In this document: positions 28,693-37,990 of the stretch, one piece after another
How the letters are laid out: the number at the start of each line of letters is the position of its first letter
Position numbering within the stretch: position 1 is the first letter of the stretch
Assembly (NCBI GenBank): GCA_963630675.1
Contig: CAVGNR010000010.1
Location: 15,685 to 79,684, forward strand
DNA length: 64,000 bases
From: Escherichia coli
Lineage (GTDB): Bacteria; Bacillota_I; Bacilli_A; RFN20; CAG-826
Reading direction: 5' to 3'
Made by a program: the position numbers and the translations under genes
Notes under the pieces: model-generated
Database searches by the model: none
Told to the model about the DNA's origin: nothing
The model's input: the letters and a program-made list of their open reading frames with translations, nothing else

Positions 28693-28727
28693 AAAAAAGC
28701 CTTGAAGATAGTCTTACTCCCCAAGGC
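28693..28727 (-). terminator. rho-independent terminator of tRNA-Leu
   Basis: GCCTTG...CAAGGC stem followed by a T6 run on the minus strand. Confidence 0.6.
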
Positions 28728-28743
28728 AAATTTCTTATATTTT

Positions 28744-28827
28744 TGGTGCGCCTGGCAGGAATTGAACCTGTATGAGTCGCCTCATTAGATCCTAAGTCTA
28801 ACGTGTCTACCATTCCACCACAGGCGC
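28744..28827 (-). tRNA. tRNA-Leu, anticodon UAG, with encoded CCA
   Basis: Hand-folded. 7-bp acceptor stem GCGCCTG/CAGGCGC, anticodon stem TTAGA/TCTAA with loop CTTAGGA, long variable arm, T-loop TTCAATT. There is one A-C mismatch at position 49:65. Confidence 0.9.
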
Positions 28828-28921
28828 AGTGAGGTTATTATAAGCGTCCAGAGGGAAAGAAAAAATAAGGAAAAACGACTTTCTTTCTAAGATTTTAGAG
28901 GAATGCTATACTACATCCGTT

Positions 28922-29497
28922 ATGAAAAAAGTCATTGTTTCAGATTTCTTTGGCGTGATAAGCGATGAAGACGCGCCTGTTTTCTTTAAGAAATACGTTA
29001 CCTCACAAGGTTATAACCTCTTAACAGACAAATATTTCCATCCAGGAGATAGGGGAGAGGTCACCTTTGAAGACATTGTGGAGAATGTCCACAAGGACTT
29101 CGGGTTTGATAAAGAGCTATTAAGAAAAGAATTTCTTGATAGACCCGCTCCACATACGGAATATATTAATCTTCTTAAAAAACTTAAAAACGAAGGATAT
29201 CGTATCCTCCTTCTTTCTAATACCTGCGATACGATTGTCCCTTATTTATTGAATAGATTTGGCATATCCGATCTTTTTGATCACCTATATCTTTCTTATG
29301 AGATAAAGAAAGCCAAGCCTTCTTTGGAGATATTCCGTTACCTTCTTAAAGAAGAAAAACTTTCACCTAACGACGCTATCTTTATTGATGATAATCCAAC
29401 CAACATTGACGCTTCTCTTCAAGTGGGGATGCATGGCGTTCTCTTCCATAACGATCAAGAAAGTTTGGAACTCATTGAACATTTAGCGAAAGAATAA
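28922..29497 (+). CDS. HAD-superfamily hydrolase
   Basis: Motif I VSDFFGVI (the second Asp is replaced by Phe), LLSNT, K, and FIDDNPTN. Confidence 0.65.
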   Translation: MKKVIVSDFFGVISDEDAPVFFKKYVTSQGYNLLTDKYFHPGDRGEVTFEDIVENVHKDFGFDKELLRKEFLDRPAPHTEYINLLKKLKNEGYRILLLSNTCDTIVPYLLNRFGISDLFDHLYLSYEIKKAKPSLEIFRYLLKEEKLSPNDAIFIDDNPTNIDASLQVGMHGVLFHNDQESLELIEHLAKE

Positions 29498-29514
29498 TCA
29501 GGAGAAACAACTAT

Positions 29515-30090
29515 ATGAAAAAAGATTTAGGAGTTAAACCATATCTCTTCCCAATGCCTGTCGCTTTGATTGCAACATACGATGGAAACGACAAAGTAGA
29601 CGTCATGAATATGGCATGGGGAACATTGGTAGACAATAACATGGTCCTTTGTTGCCTTAGTGAAGATCATAAAACCGTTAAAAACTTAAAATTAGGGAAA
29701 GACTTCACTATATCTATTGCAAGTAAGGAACACGCCCCTGAAGCGGATTATTTTGGAATCGATTCTGGGAATACGGTTCTTGATAAATTCGAAAGAAGTG
29801 GTCTTCACGCAAGTAAATCCAAACATGTAGATGCGCCTATTCTTGAGGAATATCCTCTAACCATTGAATGCAAACTCCATGCCTTAAGACATGATGAAGA
29901 TGGTAACTTCTTTGCCTATGGTGAAATCGTGAATGTTTTGGCTGATGAGTCTGTACTTGATACGAAAGGTAAAGTGGATGTCTCTAAACTCCACGCTATC
30001 CTTTTCTCCCAAATTGATTCTACTTACTACGAAATAGGGAAACCTGTAGGAAAGGCTTGGAATATCGGTCTTCCTTATCATAAAAAATAA
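29515..30090 (+). CDS. flavin reductase-like FMN-binding protein
   Basis: PMPVALIATYDGNDKVDVMNMAWG pattern, about 190 aa. Confidence 0.75.
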   Translation: MKKDLGVKPYLFPMPVALIATYDGNDKVDVMNMAWGTLVDNNMVLCCLSEDHKTVKNLKLGKDFTISIASKEHAPEADYFGIDSGNTVLDKFERSGLHASKSKHVDAPILEEYPLTIECKLHALRHDEDGNFFAYGEIVNVLADESVLDTKGKVDVSKLHAILFSQIDSTYYEIGKPVGKAWNIGLPYHKK

Positions 30091-30198
30091 CAAAGATAAT
30101 AAATGAAATGCCAAGGATAGGAACTTGGCGTTTTTATTTGACTTCGTGCTCTTAATAAGAAAGAAGAAAATGCCTATAATCTTTTTAGAGGTTTAATT

Positions 30199-31182
30199 AT
30201 GGTCAAAGCTTATGTAACTGGTGCTGGTGGAATCATTGGAAGCCACCTTGTCGAATATCTTCATAAATTAGGATACGAAGTCAAAGGTTCTTATTACACT
30301 CCAACAGTGGATTTAAACGATATCAATAAAGAAGGAGTGGACCTTTTTGAATTAGATGTTCGCAATCATGAAAAGATGAAGAAGTTCATCAACGAATATC
30401 TTCCAGATAAGATTTTCCATCTTGCTGCTCAATCTCGTCCTACTGAATCCTGGGAAGACCCATATTATACGATGGATGTGAATGTGAAAGGGACGGTTGG
30501 CCTTTTTGAGGCCATTAAAGCAGCAAAGAAAGACCATCCTGAATATGACCCTATGGTGGTGGCTATCTCTTCTAGCGCTATCTATGGTGAAGCTCTTCTT
30601 TCCTATTCACCTGATAATCTTCCTAAAGAAGACTGCGCTTTGCTCCCTCTCCATCCTTATGGTGTATCCAAGGCTGCAGAAGACCTTACTTGTTTCCAAT
30701 ATTTTAGAAACTTTGGCATCAAGAATGCGAGAGTCCGTCTTTTTAATTGTACAGGCCCTCGTAAGATTCAAGACATTACTGGCGACTTCACTAAGCGTGC
30801 AGTGGAATTAGAGATGAAAGGGGATAACCATTTGGTTGTAGGAAACCTTTCCGCTTTAAGAGCCATTATTGATGCTCGCGATGTTTGTGTTGCCTTGGAA
30901 ATCCTTTCCCGTAAAGGCGTTCCAGGCGAAGCCTACAATATTTGTTCCTCCCATATCTTTAAGATGTCCCATGTTGTGGAATGCATCGAAAAGATCATGG
31001 GTGTTAAATACGAACTTGTTTTAGATCCAAAGCTTCTTCGCCCAGCCGATGAAAAACTCTATGCCGGCAATTGCGATAAGATGAAAGCTCTTGGTTGGAA
31101 AGAGACTTACGAGTATGAGCAAACCGTAAGAGATTGCATCGACTATTGGCGATACAAACTCGAAGGAAAGAAACTTTCCTGA
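30199..31182 (+). CDS. NAD-dependent epimerase/dehydratase (extended SDR, sugar-nucleotide modifying)
   Basis: TGAGGIIGSHL Rossmann motif and the YGVSK catalytic motif. Confidence 0.8.
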   Translation: MVKAYVTGAGGIIGSHLVEYLHKLGYEVKGSYYTPTVDLNDINKEGVDLFELDVRNHEKMKKFINEYLPDKIFHLAAQSRPTESWEDPYYTMDVNVKGTVGLFEAIKAAKKDHPEYDPMVVAISSSAIYGEALLSYSPDNLPKEDCALLPLHPYGVSKAAEDLTCFQYFRNFGIKNARVRLFNCTGPRKIQDITGDFTKRAVELEMKGDNHLVVGNLSALRAIIDARDVCVALEILSRKGVPGEAYNICSSHIFKMSHVVECIEKIMGVKYELVLDPKLLRPADEKLYAGNCDKMKALGWKETYEYEQTVRDCIDYWRYKLEGKKLS

Positions 31183-31206
31183 TCTCTACTTTATAAGGAA
31201 GATATA

Positions 31207-31232
31207 AGCCGGGTTCCGCCCGGTTCTTTTTT
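31207..31232 (+). terminator. rho-independent terminator
   Basis: AGCCGGG-TTCCG-CCCGGTT stem-loop followed by a T6 run. Confidence 0.7.
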
Positions 31233-31584
31233 ATCTAATAGATTTCATACACTGTATGAAAAGCATTCTCTCTATCCCTTTTTGAGACAACATATTCGTT
31301 TGAAACAATATCAAGAAATGATATTCAAACGAAGAAAGCAAAAAGGAGATAGAAAGAGAAAAACTTTATTTGATAAACCTTTGACGAAAAGAGATGAAAA
31401 AGAGTTTTCTTTTCTTTACAAAAATTAAAAACATACGATAAAAACTAATAAAAACAAGCATTTTTAATGCTTTACATCTTTTTCTTCCCCTTTCCATAAT
31501 AGGTCGAATTCAGGTGTGCTAGGTGGGGATTAGCATGTCTCATTCTTTGAAATGTAGCCTTTGCTAAAAAGAAGCCTTTGAGAT

Positions 31585-32337
31585 ATGAATGTGAATCCGT
31601 TTTCCTTTCTTTCCTATGAAGAATTAAGGAAGATTGTTCAAAAAGGCGATGATTCTTTTTTGGCAAAGGCTACCTTGGCCTATAAGAATCCTAACTATCA
31701 AAGAAGCATATCATCCTTAGAAAAACTCTTGCCTTCTTTTCCTTTGGCTATAGAGTTTCTTTATTTCCGTTCTCTTGCAAAGATTCATCTTAAGGACAAC
31801 GAGAGATATAAAGACCTAAACGATTCTCTTATTGCTCATGCAGAAGATCTTTTCGTTTTCTTTGAAACTCATCCTTCTTTTGAAGAGGCCCTTCAAAGGA
31901 ATCTCTATCTAGCCTTTCTTTTATCTTATCTTCCTAACTATGGTAAGCAAGAATTGGTATATGGCTACCCAAATAGCCTTTATGGGGCAGGGGTATATGA
32001 TTATTCTCTTCTTTTAAATAGATATGGATTAACTTATCTAAGGAAAGAGTGCTCTAAATCTTTTCAAATAGAAGGGGACGTACGTCATTTCTTCACCCTC
32101 TTAGAAAGAGAAACCCTTTCTTTGTTATTAGAGAATCCGTTTATAAAAGAGGAAGATTACTTGAAACATAAAAACATCAAAGGAAGATACCTAGAACTAA
32201 GAAAAGCCTCGATCAAAGAGAAAGAGAATATTCTCCTTCGTCTTCAAACGCTTGATTGCATAGAGGAAGTCTCCTCCCATCTTAATCTCCTTGAAGGAGG
32301 CTTCTTTCTCTACTCTTGTTTTTCCTTTGAAAAATAA
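31585..32337 (+). CDS. hypothetical protein
   Basis: 250-aa ORF with no recognisable motif. Confidence 0.5.
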   Translation: MNVNPFSFLSYEELRKIVQKGDDSFLAKATLAYKNPNYQRSISSLEKLLPSFPLAIEFLYFRSLAKIHLKDNERYKDLNDSLIAHAEDLFVFFETHPSFEEALQRNLYLAFLLSYLPNYGKQELVYGYPNSLYGAGVYDYSLLLNRYGLTYLRKECSKSFQIEGDVRHFFTLLERETLSLLLENPFIKEEDYLKHKNIKGRYLELRKASIKEKENILLRLQTLDCIEEVSSHLNLLEGGFFLYSCFSFEK

Positions 32338-32503
32338 TCGTTGAAATGATTTATCCCCTATGTATCATAAGATTGTAAAGAGATAACCAAATAAAAACAT
32401 CGAAGGCGTTTTTTGCTTTATGGAACCTTATTATGCCCAAGAAGATGATAAGTGAGACGAAAAAGGAACGATATATCTTTGCTTGCCTTGGGAGAGAAAA
32501 ACA

Positions 32504-33199
32504 ATGAGTTTTAGAAGAATAAAAGCTTTCCCTTTGTTGTTTATATTCTTGCCTTTTTCTCTTTGCTCATGCTCTAAAAGTCCTATCACTTTCTTTAATT
32601 CCTTTAGTAGATATGTTTCGGAAGATGGAGTCATGATCTTAGAATGCCAGCTGAATAAGAAATCCGGTTTTGGCAAATTAAAAATCAATGATAAATATGA
32701 GATGTTTAAATGGCGATCTGACTGGGACGGATACGGACTATGGACGATAATGGACAAGGATATCTCTCTTTCTTTTTCCATTGATTTTCCTAAAAGTTAT
32801 GGCTTCACCCTAACAAGAGATGAAATAACCATATCCCGCGATCATCTGAATGGGGATAGGAATGTCTTGCCTGAGCTTGCCAATTGGACTTCCACGATTT
32901 CTAAAGAAAAAGATCTTTCTGACGAAGAAGTTGATGCTAGATATTGCACGAACGTCCTCTTTGAAAACCAAGACCTTAACCTCCGGTTCTATCTTGATAA
33001 AATCGGCGTCTTACTCGATGGAAAATATACTCTTGTTTTGAATGAAGACAACATTTTCTATTTGAAAAGAGACTACGCAAAAAGAGGAGAAGGAACGTAT
33101 CAAACAACGAAAGATTGTTTATATCTTTCTTTCATTAGAGACGATCTTTTTAATTCCGCGGGAGAAACCGTTCCGTTTAAAATGATTGATAGAGACTAA
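32504..33199 (+). CDS. hypothetical lipoprotein
   Basis: MSFRRIKAFPLLFIFLPFSLCSCSKS signal peptide with a lipobox. RBS GGGAGAG upstream. Confidence 0.6.
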   Translation: MSFRRIKAFPLLFIFLPFSLCSCSKSPITFFNSFSRYVSEDGVMILECQLNKKSGFGKLKINDKYEMFKWRSDWDGYGLWTIMDKDISLSFSIDFPKSYGFTLTRDEITISRDHLNGDRNVLPELANWTSTISKEKDLSDEEVDARYCTNVLFENQDLNLRFYLDKIGVLLDGKYTLVLNEDNIFYLKRDYAKRGEGTYQTTKDCLYLSFIRDDLFNSAGETVPFKMIDRD

Positions 33200-33321
33200 A
33201 AACATAACCGTCGGTTCCGTTTTCTATAAGAACGATGAAGGGCAACGGCGATTCATAAAGAAATGCCTTTGATAAATGATGGCATCTACTCTTCCTAGCC
33301 TCTTTTTGCTAGTATATTGAT

Positions 33322-34773
33322 GTGAAAAACTATCTTTCGATTTTAGACAATCTGCCTTCTACTATCCTCCAAAGAGGTAAAGAGTATTTTCAAGAAGGCA
33401 AAGTGAAAGATTTTCAATACGTAAATGGGGAATGTTCCGCAAATATCGAAGGAAAAGAAAAATATCATGTCTCCTTGCGTTTAAATGACGATGGGTCATT
33501 TTCTTATCACTGTTCTTGCCCTTATCCCCATCTTTGCAAGCATGTTGTTGCTTTAGCATATATGGCAAACGAAGAAGACAAGAAAAAATACCAAAATATC
33601 TATGCGGAGCTTCTTTCCAAAATCCGTTCCGTTTCTTTTTCAGAATCTTTAGAAGAATTTAAAGGTTTGCCTTATAAGATAAATGGCTTTTCTGCCCAGT
33701 TAAGTGAGGAAGAGAGAAAGAAACTAATCATTCTCTACCTTAGCAATATGGCAAAAGTCCTTCCTTTCTTTGAGAATGGAAATATCGTGGAACGTATCTC
33801 TTTATTTGAGGAGAAAGGGAAATGGAACGACGCTTATTTAGAAGAAATTATTCAAGGCGTTCTATTATCTTTAAAAGATGATCTAGAAGGAAGTCTTCGT
33901 TTCCTTACTTCTCTTCTAAAAGAAGAAAGAACGTCCTCTTTCATTCAACGTTACCTAGTGCGTGGAGATATCTCTAATGAAGCACAAGCTAAGAATTGCC
34001 TCGTTTGCCTTTCAGGAAAGAATCTTCCCCATAAATTATTGCCTGAATTCGTTCTTCTTTTAGCAAAGAAGTCTCCTCGTCTTTTACTTGAGAAAGACCT
34101 ACGTAACGCCATCAATTTCTATAAAGAAGAAAGAGATGGGAATGATGTCTCTTTCCTTTTGAAGCTTCTTTTCGTTAGGGGAGGGGAAGAAACCCTCCGC
34201 GAAGAGGATTTTATTTTCCTTCAAAAGATGGGTCTAACGAATGATGCAAGAGAACTTGCTCTTTCCATTCTTAAGAAGTCTGAGGAGTTATCCTCCTACC
34301 TTCGTTACCGCAAGATGTTCTCTCCTTCAGAATTCTTTCGTGTTTCTTATGAGTTAGAGAATATCATTCGTTATAAGAAATTCAAAAATGCTGCTCTTCT
34401 TATCGACGGGAAAGAATATTTCCCTGACCTTTATGAAGATTTCTCCTATGCCCTTCTCTCTCCAAAAGATATCTTTCTTCTCAAGGATTTCTTAAAAGAA
34501 AAGAAAGAGATTTCTCATCTTGTTCAGATATCTCATAGAAGACTAGAGATGGAATTTAAGAAAAAGAAGAGAAACAAAGAATATTTCTTCTATCTTCTTT
34601 TTCTAGATTTCTATCAAGACGATTCTCTTTCTTATTATCTATTGTCCAATGAAGTCAAAGAAGACATATCTGAATCCTATTGGAAAGGAATATGGCTCTA
34701 TCTTCTTGAAAGAAATCATCTTCTAGGACGTATCTCTTTTTATCCTTATGAAGGAGTATCCCCATGTTTTTAA
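33322..34773 (+). CDS. SWIM zinc-finger protein (YwqB-like partner of the SNF2 helicase)
   Basis: CSCPYPHLCKHVVALAY (CxC...CxH). GTG start. It overlaps the downstream SNF2 gene. Confidence 0.7.
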   Translation: MKNYLSILDNLPSTILQRGKEYFQEGKVKDFQYVNGECSANIEGKEKYHVSLRLNDDGSFSYHCSCPYPHLCKHVVALAYMANEEDKKKYQNIYAELLSKIRSVSFSESLEEFKGLPYKINGFSAQLSEEERKKLIILYLSNMAKVLPFFENGNIVERISLFEEKGKWNDAYLEEIIQGVLLSLKDDLEGSLRFLTSLLKEERTSSFIQRYLVRGDISNEAQAKNCLVCLSGKNLPHKLLPEFVLLLAKKSPRLLLEKDLRNAINFYKEERDGNDVSFLLKLLFVRGGEETLREEDFIFLQKMGLTNDARELALSILKKSEELSSYLRYRKMFSPSEFFRVSYELENIIRYKKFKNAALLIDGKEYFPDLYEDFSYALLSPKDIFLLKDFLKEKKEISHLVQISHRRLEMEFKKKKRNKEYFFYLLFLDFYQDDSLSYYLLSNEVKEDISESYWKGIWLYLLERNHLLGRISFYPYEGVSPCF

Positions 34774-37700
34774 GAAGAAACAAAGAAAAAGGGATAGAGA
34801 GGGTGAAGGATTATCTAACCTTCTATGGGGTAAAAGATATTTTAAACGATCTTGAAAAAGGGAAATACCACCTCTGTTTCCAATATAATCAAACGAAAGA
34901 GTGTTTGATTTATAACGCCTATTGGAGTGATTATTCTTTTCTTCCGAAGAACACTTTCATTGAGATAGAAGTCTCTTCGAATGGTCTTCTTTTAGAAGAG
35001 GAGCCAGACATCTATCAAATGGCTCTTTATGTTTATCTTTTTCAAATTGAAAACGAATTAGACCTAGATACCCTTAAAAACCGTTACTTAAGCATCCTCC
35101 CTCTTCTTAAGGAAGCCCCATCCTTAGAAGAAAAAGAGCAACTTGAACGTAGCAAACTCCGCCAAGAATTCCTCTCTCTTTTCGATGAAAAAGGCGGGGA
35201 AAGCCCTCTTCCTTTAAATGAACCATCGAGTGGAAAATGGGAACTTATTACCAGTTTTCAACAAAAAGAGGGGAGATATGCGCTTTCTTTGGAGATGTGG
35301 GATGGAGAAGAAAAGAAAATACCTATCTCGCCCATCATTCCTTTCTTAGAAAAATATTCTGAAGAAGGAGCGTATTTCTACCATGCTTCGCTATATTCTT
35401 TAGAACATCGTTTCTTCTTAGAAAAGGGACAAAGAATCTTAGGATACCTTGTCGCATTAACGCGTGGGAAAAACGATTCTTTTTCGAGTGAGATTCTTCT
35501 TGATGAGGAAGAATTTGGGGATATGGTGGAAATCCTTTTGGGGGAAAACCTCTATCTTAATGGGGAAAGCTATTATGTGATGAAGGATTCTCTTAAAGCA
35601 GGTTTCCGTTATAAGAATAACGGGGACGTGGAGTTAATTCCACCCATTGAGGAATATAAACGTTGTCATTCTTTGCTATTGCATAATGGTCTTCTTTATT
35701 TTGATGATTATTCTTATGTCGTCACCCTTTATCGTTTTGCAAATTTAACATCTAAAAAGGTCTTTGCTTTCTTCTTAAAACACGGTTTAAAGGATGCGTC
35801 TTTAGTAAACGACATCCTTAAAAAGAAGATGGTTCTTTCTTCTTCTTTAAAGAGTGAGGATATAGCAGATCGTTTTCAAATCAATCTATATGTGGATATA
35901 TCCGATAATGGGTCCCTTTCTTTTAAAACGGTCTATCTTCTTTGTGAAAGAGAAGTTAAGAAAGAAGAAGCAGTGCTTAACGCTTCTTTTGGCAGTGAGA
36001 TTGCTCTTTATTTAGCCGAATTAGAAAACCTTGGTGGAAAAGAAGAGGGTATCCAGGATAATCAAAAAGAAGCCTTGAAATTCCTTCAAAGCGATCTTTC
36101 TTCCTTGAAAAAGAAAGCGAAAATCTTTCTCTCAAAGAAGCTATCTCGAAGCAAAATCACCCATATGGGTGCCATATCTTTGCATATTGAACGTCATGAA
36201 GATTGGCTTTCCTTGAATGTGAAATCGAAGAATTTCTCTTCGGAACAGCTTTCTTTGATTCTCGAAGCCTATCGTAAGAAAAAAACCTACCTTCTTTTAG
36301 GGGATAATATCATTCTCCTTGATGATCCAAAGATACAAGAATTAAACGAAATCAAACAAAAAGAGAAACTAGACCGTTCTTTTGGCAAAGAGAGCATGGC
36401 TTTCTCTGAAGCTTTCCGTCTCGAAAATGAATATGGGGATGGCCAGATTAAGCTAGAGAAAGACTCTTCTTTAAAAGAAGCCTTCCTTTCCTTAAAGAAC
36501 TTCAAAGAAAACAAAGTGGAATTAAAACCTTCTATTGAGAAAGTCCTTCGTCCTTATCAGAGAATTGCAGTTCAATGGCTAAATTGTCTTTATGAAAATC
36601 ATCTTGGTGGCATTCTTGCAGACGATATGGGATTAGGAAAAACATTAGAGACCATAGCTTTCTTATCTAGTTTAAAGAAAAACGAACCATCTCTGATCAT
36701 TGCGCCAAAAAGTGTTATCTATAACTGGGAAAAAGAGTTCTATACCTGGGATAAAGAAACAAAAGTTATTGTCATTGATGGCTCAAGAGATAAGAGATTA
36801 GAAATCATCTCTTCCATAAAGAAAGATGAAAAGGTCATATACATTACCTCTTATGATTCATTAAGAAATGATTTATCAAGCTATCTTCCTCATCATTTCG
36901 ATACTCTTATCACCGATGAAGCCCAGTTGATTAAGAACTATTCTGCTCTTAAATCGAAAGCGGTCCGTAACATATCTTCTTACACTCGTTTTGCTTTAAC
37001 GGGAACTCCAATTGAGAATTCCATGGGGGACCTATGGTCGATTTTCGATTTCTTGATGCCAAATTACTTGAATACATATGGTATTTTCAAACAACGTTAT
37101 ATTCTGGCGGGGAATCAAGAAGAGGCACGTTCCTCTTTAAGAAAGAGAATAACGCCATTCTTGCTTAGAAGAACAAAGAAAGAGGTTCTAAAGGAATTAC
37201 CACAAAAAGTGACGGAAGTAGTTACTTTAACAATGGATGAAGAATCGAGGATCCTTTATTCATCCGTTTTAGAAAAAGCCAAGAAAGAACTTCAAAAGAG
37301 CAAAGAAAACATCGCCGAGAACCATGATCGTTTCTCCTCTTTCTCTTTTTTGCCTGTGCTAACTTCTCTTCGAGAAATCTGTGTTAATCCATCCTCATTC
37401 TTTGAAAATATCAAAGGAATGTCCACCAAATTCTCCTATGTTACGGAATATGCGGAAAAGAGCATTTCCAATGGCCATAAGCTTTTGATTTTCTCTTCCT
37501 TTACGAAGGTGTTAGACAACCTTCGTGACCTTTTAAAAGATGAAGGCATTGCTTCTTATTATATTTATGGCGAAGTGGATGCTAAAAAACGACTCGAATT
37601 GTCTAATAAATTCAACAAAGAAAAAGACGTGTCTGTGATGCTCGTTTCCTTAAAAGCAGGGGGGACGGGTCTTAATTTAGCGGGTGCCGATGTCGTCATT

Positions 37701-37934
37701 CATCTTGATCCATGGTGGAACATTGCTTCGGAAGAGCAAGCGACAGACCGAGCCTACCGTATCGGTCAAAAACGTCCTGTTACCGTTTTAAAACTAATTT
37801 GTCATGATTCCATTGAAGAGAAGGTTCTTCTCCTTCAACAATATAAAAAGACTTTATATGACGAATTGATTCGCTCTGGCGAAAATGCAATTTCTTCTCT
37901 CTCTGAAGATGATATCGCTTTCTTGCTTTCTTAG
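34764..37934 (+). CDS. SNF2-family DEAD/H helicase (RapA/HepA/YwqA-like)
   Basis: DDMGLGKT, DEAQLIKN, TGTPIEN, and the C-terminal helicase motifs LKAGGTGLNL and QATDRAYRIGQ. Confidence 0.9.
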   Translation: MFLRRNKEKGIERVKDYLTFYGVKDILNDLEKGKYHLCFQYNQTKECLIYNAYWSDYSFLPKNTFIEIEVSSNGLLLEEEPDIYQMALYVYLFQIENELDLDTLKNRYLSILPLLKEAPSLEEKEQLERSKLRQEFLSLFDEKGGESPLPLNEPSSGKWELITSFQQKEGRYALSLEMWDGEEKKIPISPIIPFLEKYSEEGAYFYHASLYSLEHRFFLEKGQRILGYLVALTRGKNDSFSSEILLDEEEFGDMVEILLGENLYLNGESYYVMKDSLKAGFRYKNNGDVELIPPIEEYKRCHSLLLHNGLLYFDDYSYVVTLYRFANLTSKKVFAFFLKHGLKDASLVNDILKKKMVLSSSLKSEDIADRFQINLYVDISDNGSLSFKTVYLLCEREVKKEEAVLNASFGSEIALYLAELENLGGKEEGIQDNQKEALKFLQSDLSSLKKKAKIFLSKKLSRSKITHMGAISLHIERHEDWLSLNVKSKNFSSEQLSLILEAYRKKKTYLLLGDNIILLDDPKIQELNEIKQKEKLDRSFGKESMAFSEAFRLENEYGDGQIKLEKDSSLKEAFLSLKNFKENKVELKPSIEKVLRPYQRIAVQWLNCLYENHLGGILADDMGLGKTLETIAFLSSLKKNEPSLIIAPKSVIYNWEKEFYTWDKETKVIVIDGSRDKRLEIISSIKKDEKVIYITSYDSLRNDLSSYLPHHFDTLITDEAQLIKNYSALKSKAVRNISSYTRFALTGTPIENSMGDLWSIFDFLMPNYLNTYGIFKQRYILAGNQEEARSSLRKRITPFLLRRTKKEVLKELPQKVTEVVTLTMDEESRILYSSVLEKAKKELQKSKENIAENHDRFSSFSFLPVLTSLREICVNPSSFFENIKGMSTKFSYVTEYAEKSISNGHKLLIFSSFTKVLDNLRDLLKDEGIASYYIYGEVDAKKRLELSNKFNKEKDVSVMLVSLKAGGTGLNLAGADVVIHLDPWWNIASEEQATDRAYRIGQKRPVTVLKLICHDSIEEKVLLLQQYKKTLYDELIRSGENAISSLSEDDIAFLLS

Positions 37935-37990
37935 TGTTCTCTCTTTCGAAGAATGATAAAATAAGATAGTTTCTTAGAAACTATTTTGAT

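Larger units (their letters stand above)
23944..28743. mobile_element. ~4.8-kb tRNA-Leu-associated genomic islet (no integrase visible)
   Basis: It lies between the intact tRNA-Leu 3' end and the 52-bp partial tRNA copy. It carries only the TIR-domain gene, small ORFs and the metallophosphoesterase gene. Confidence 0.55.

Noticed and set aside
28922-29497. HAD hydrolase lacking the second Asp of motif I (DFF instead of DxD) as an inactive enzyme
   Set aside because: Several active HAD subfamilies (haloacid dehalogenase-like) lack the second Asp. This is not enough to call it unusual.
33322-37934. SWIM zinc-finger protein plus SNF2 helicase as a possible defence pair
   Set aside because: The arrangement matches the conserved ywqB/ywqA-type pair of Bacillota. 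It is embedded among core genes (glycolipid synthesis, recX, yhaM). It has no nuclease, methylase or mobile flank, so I treat it as housekeeping.
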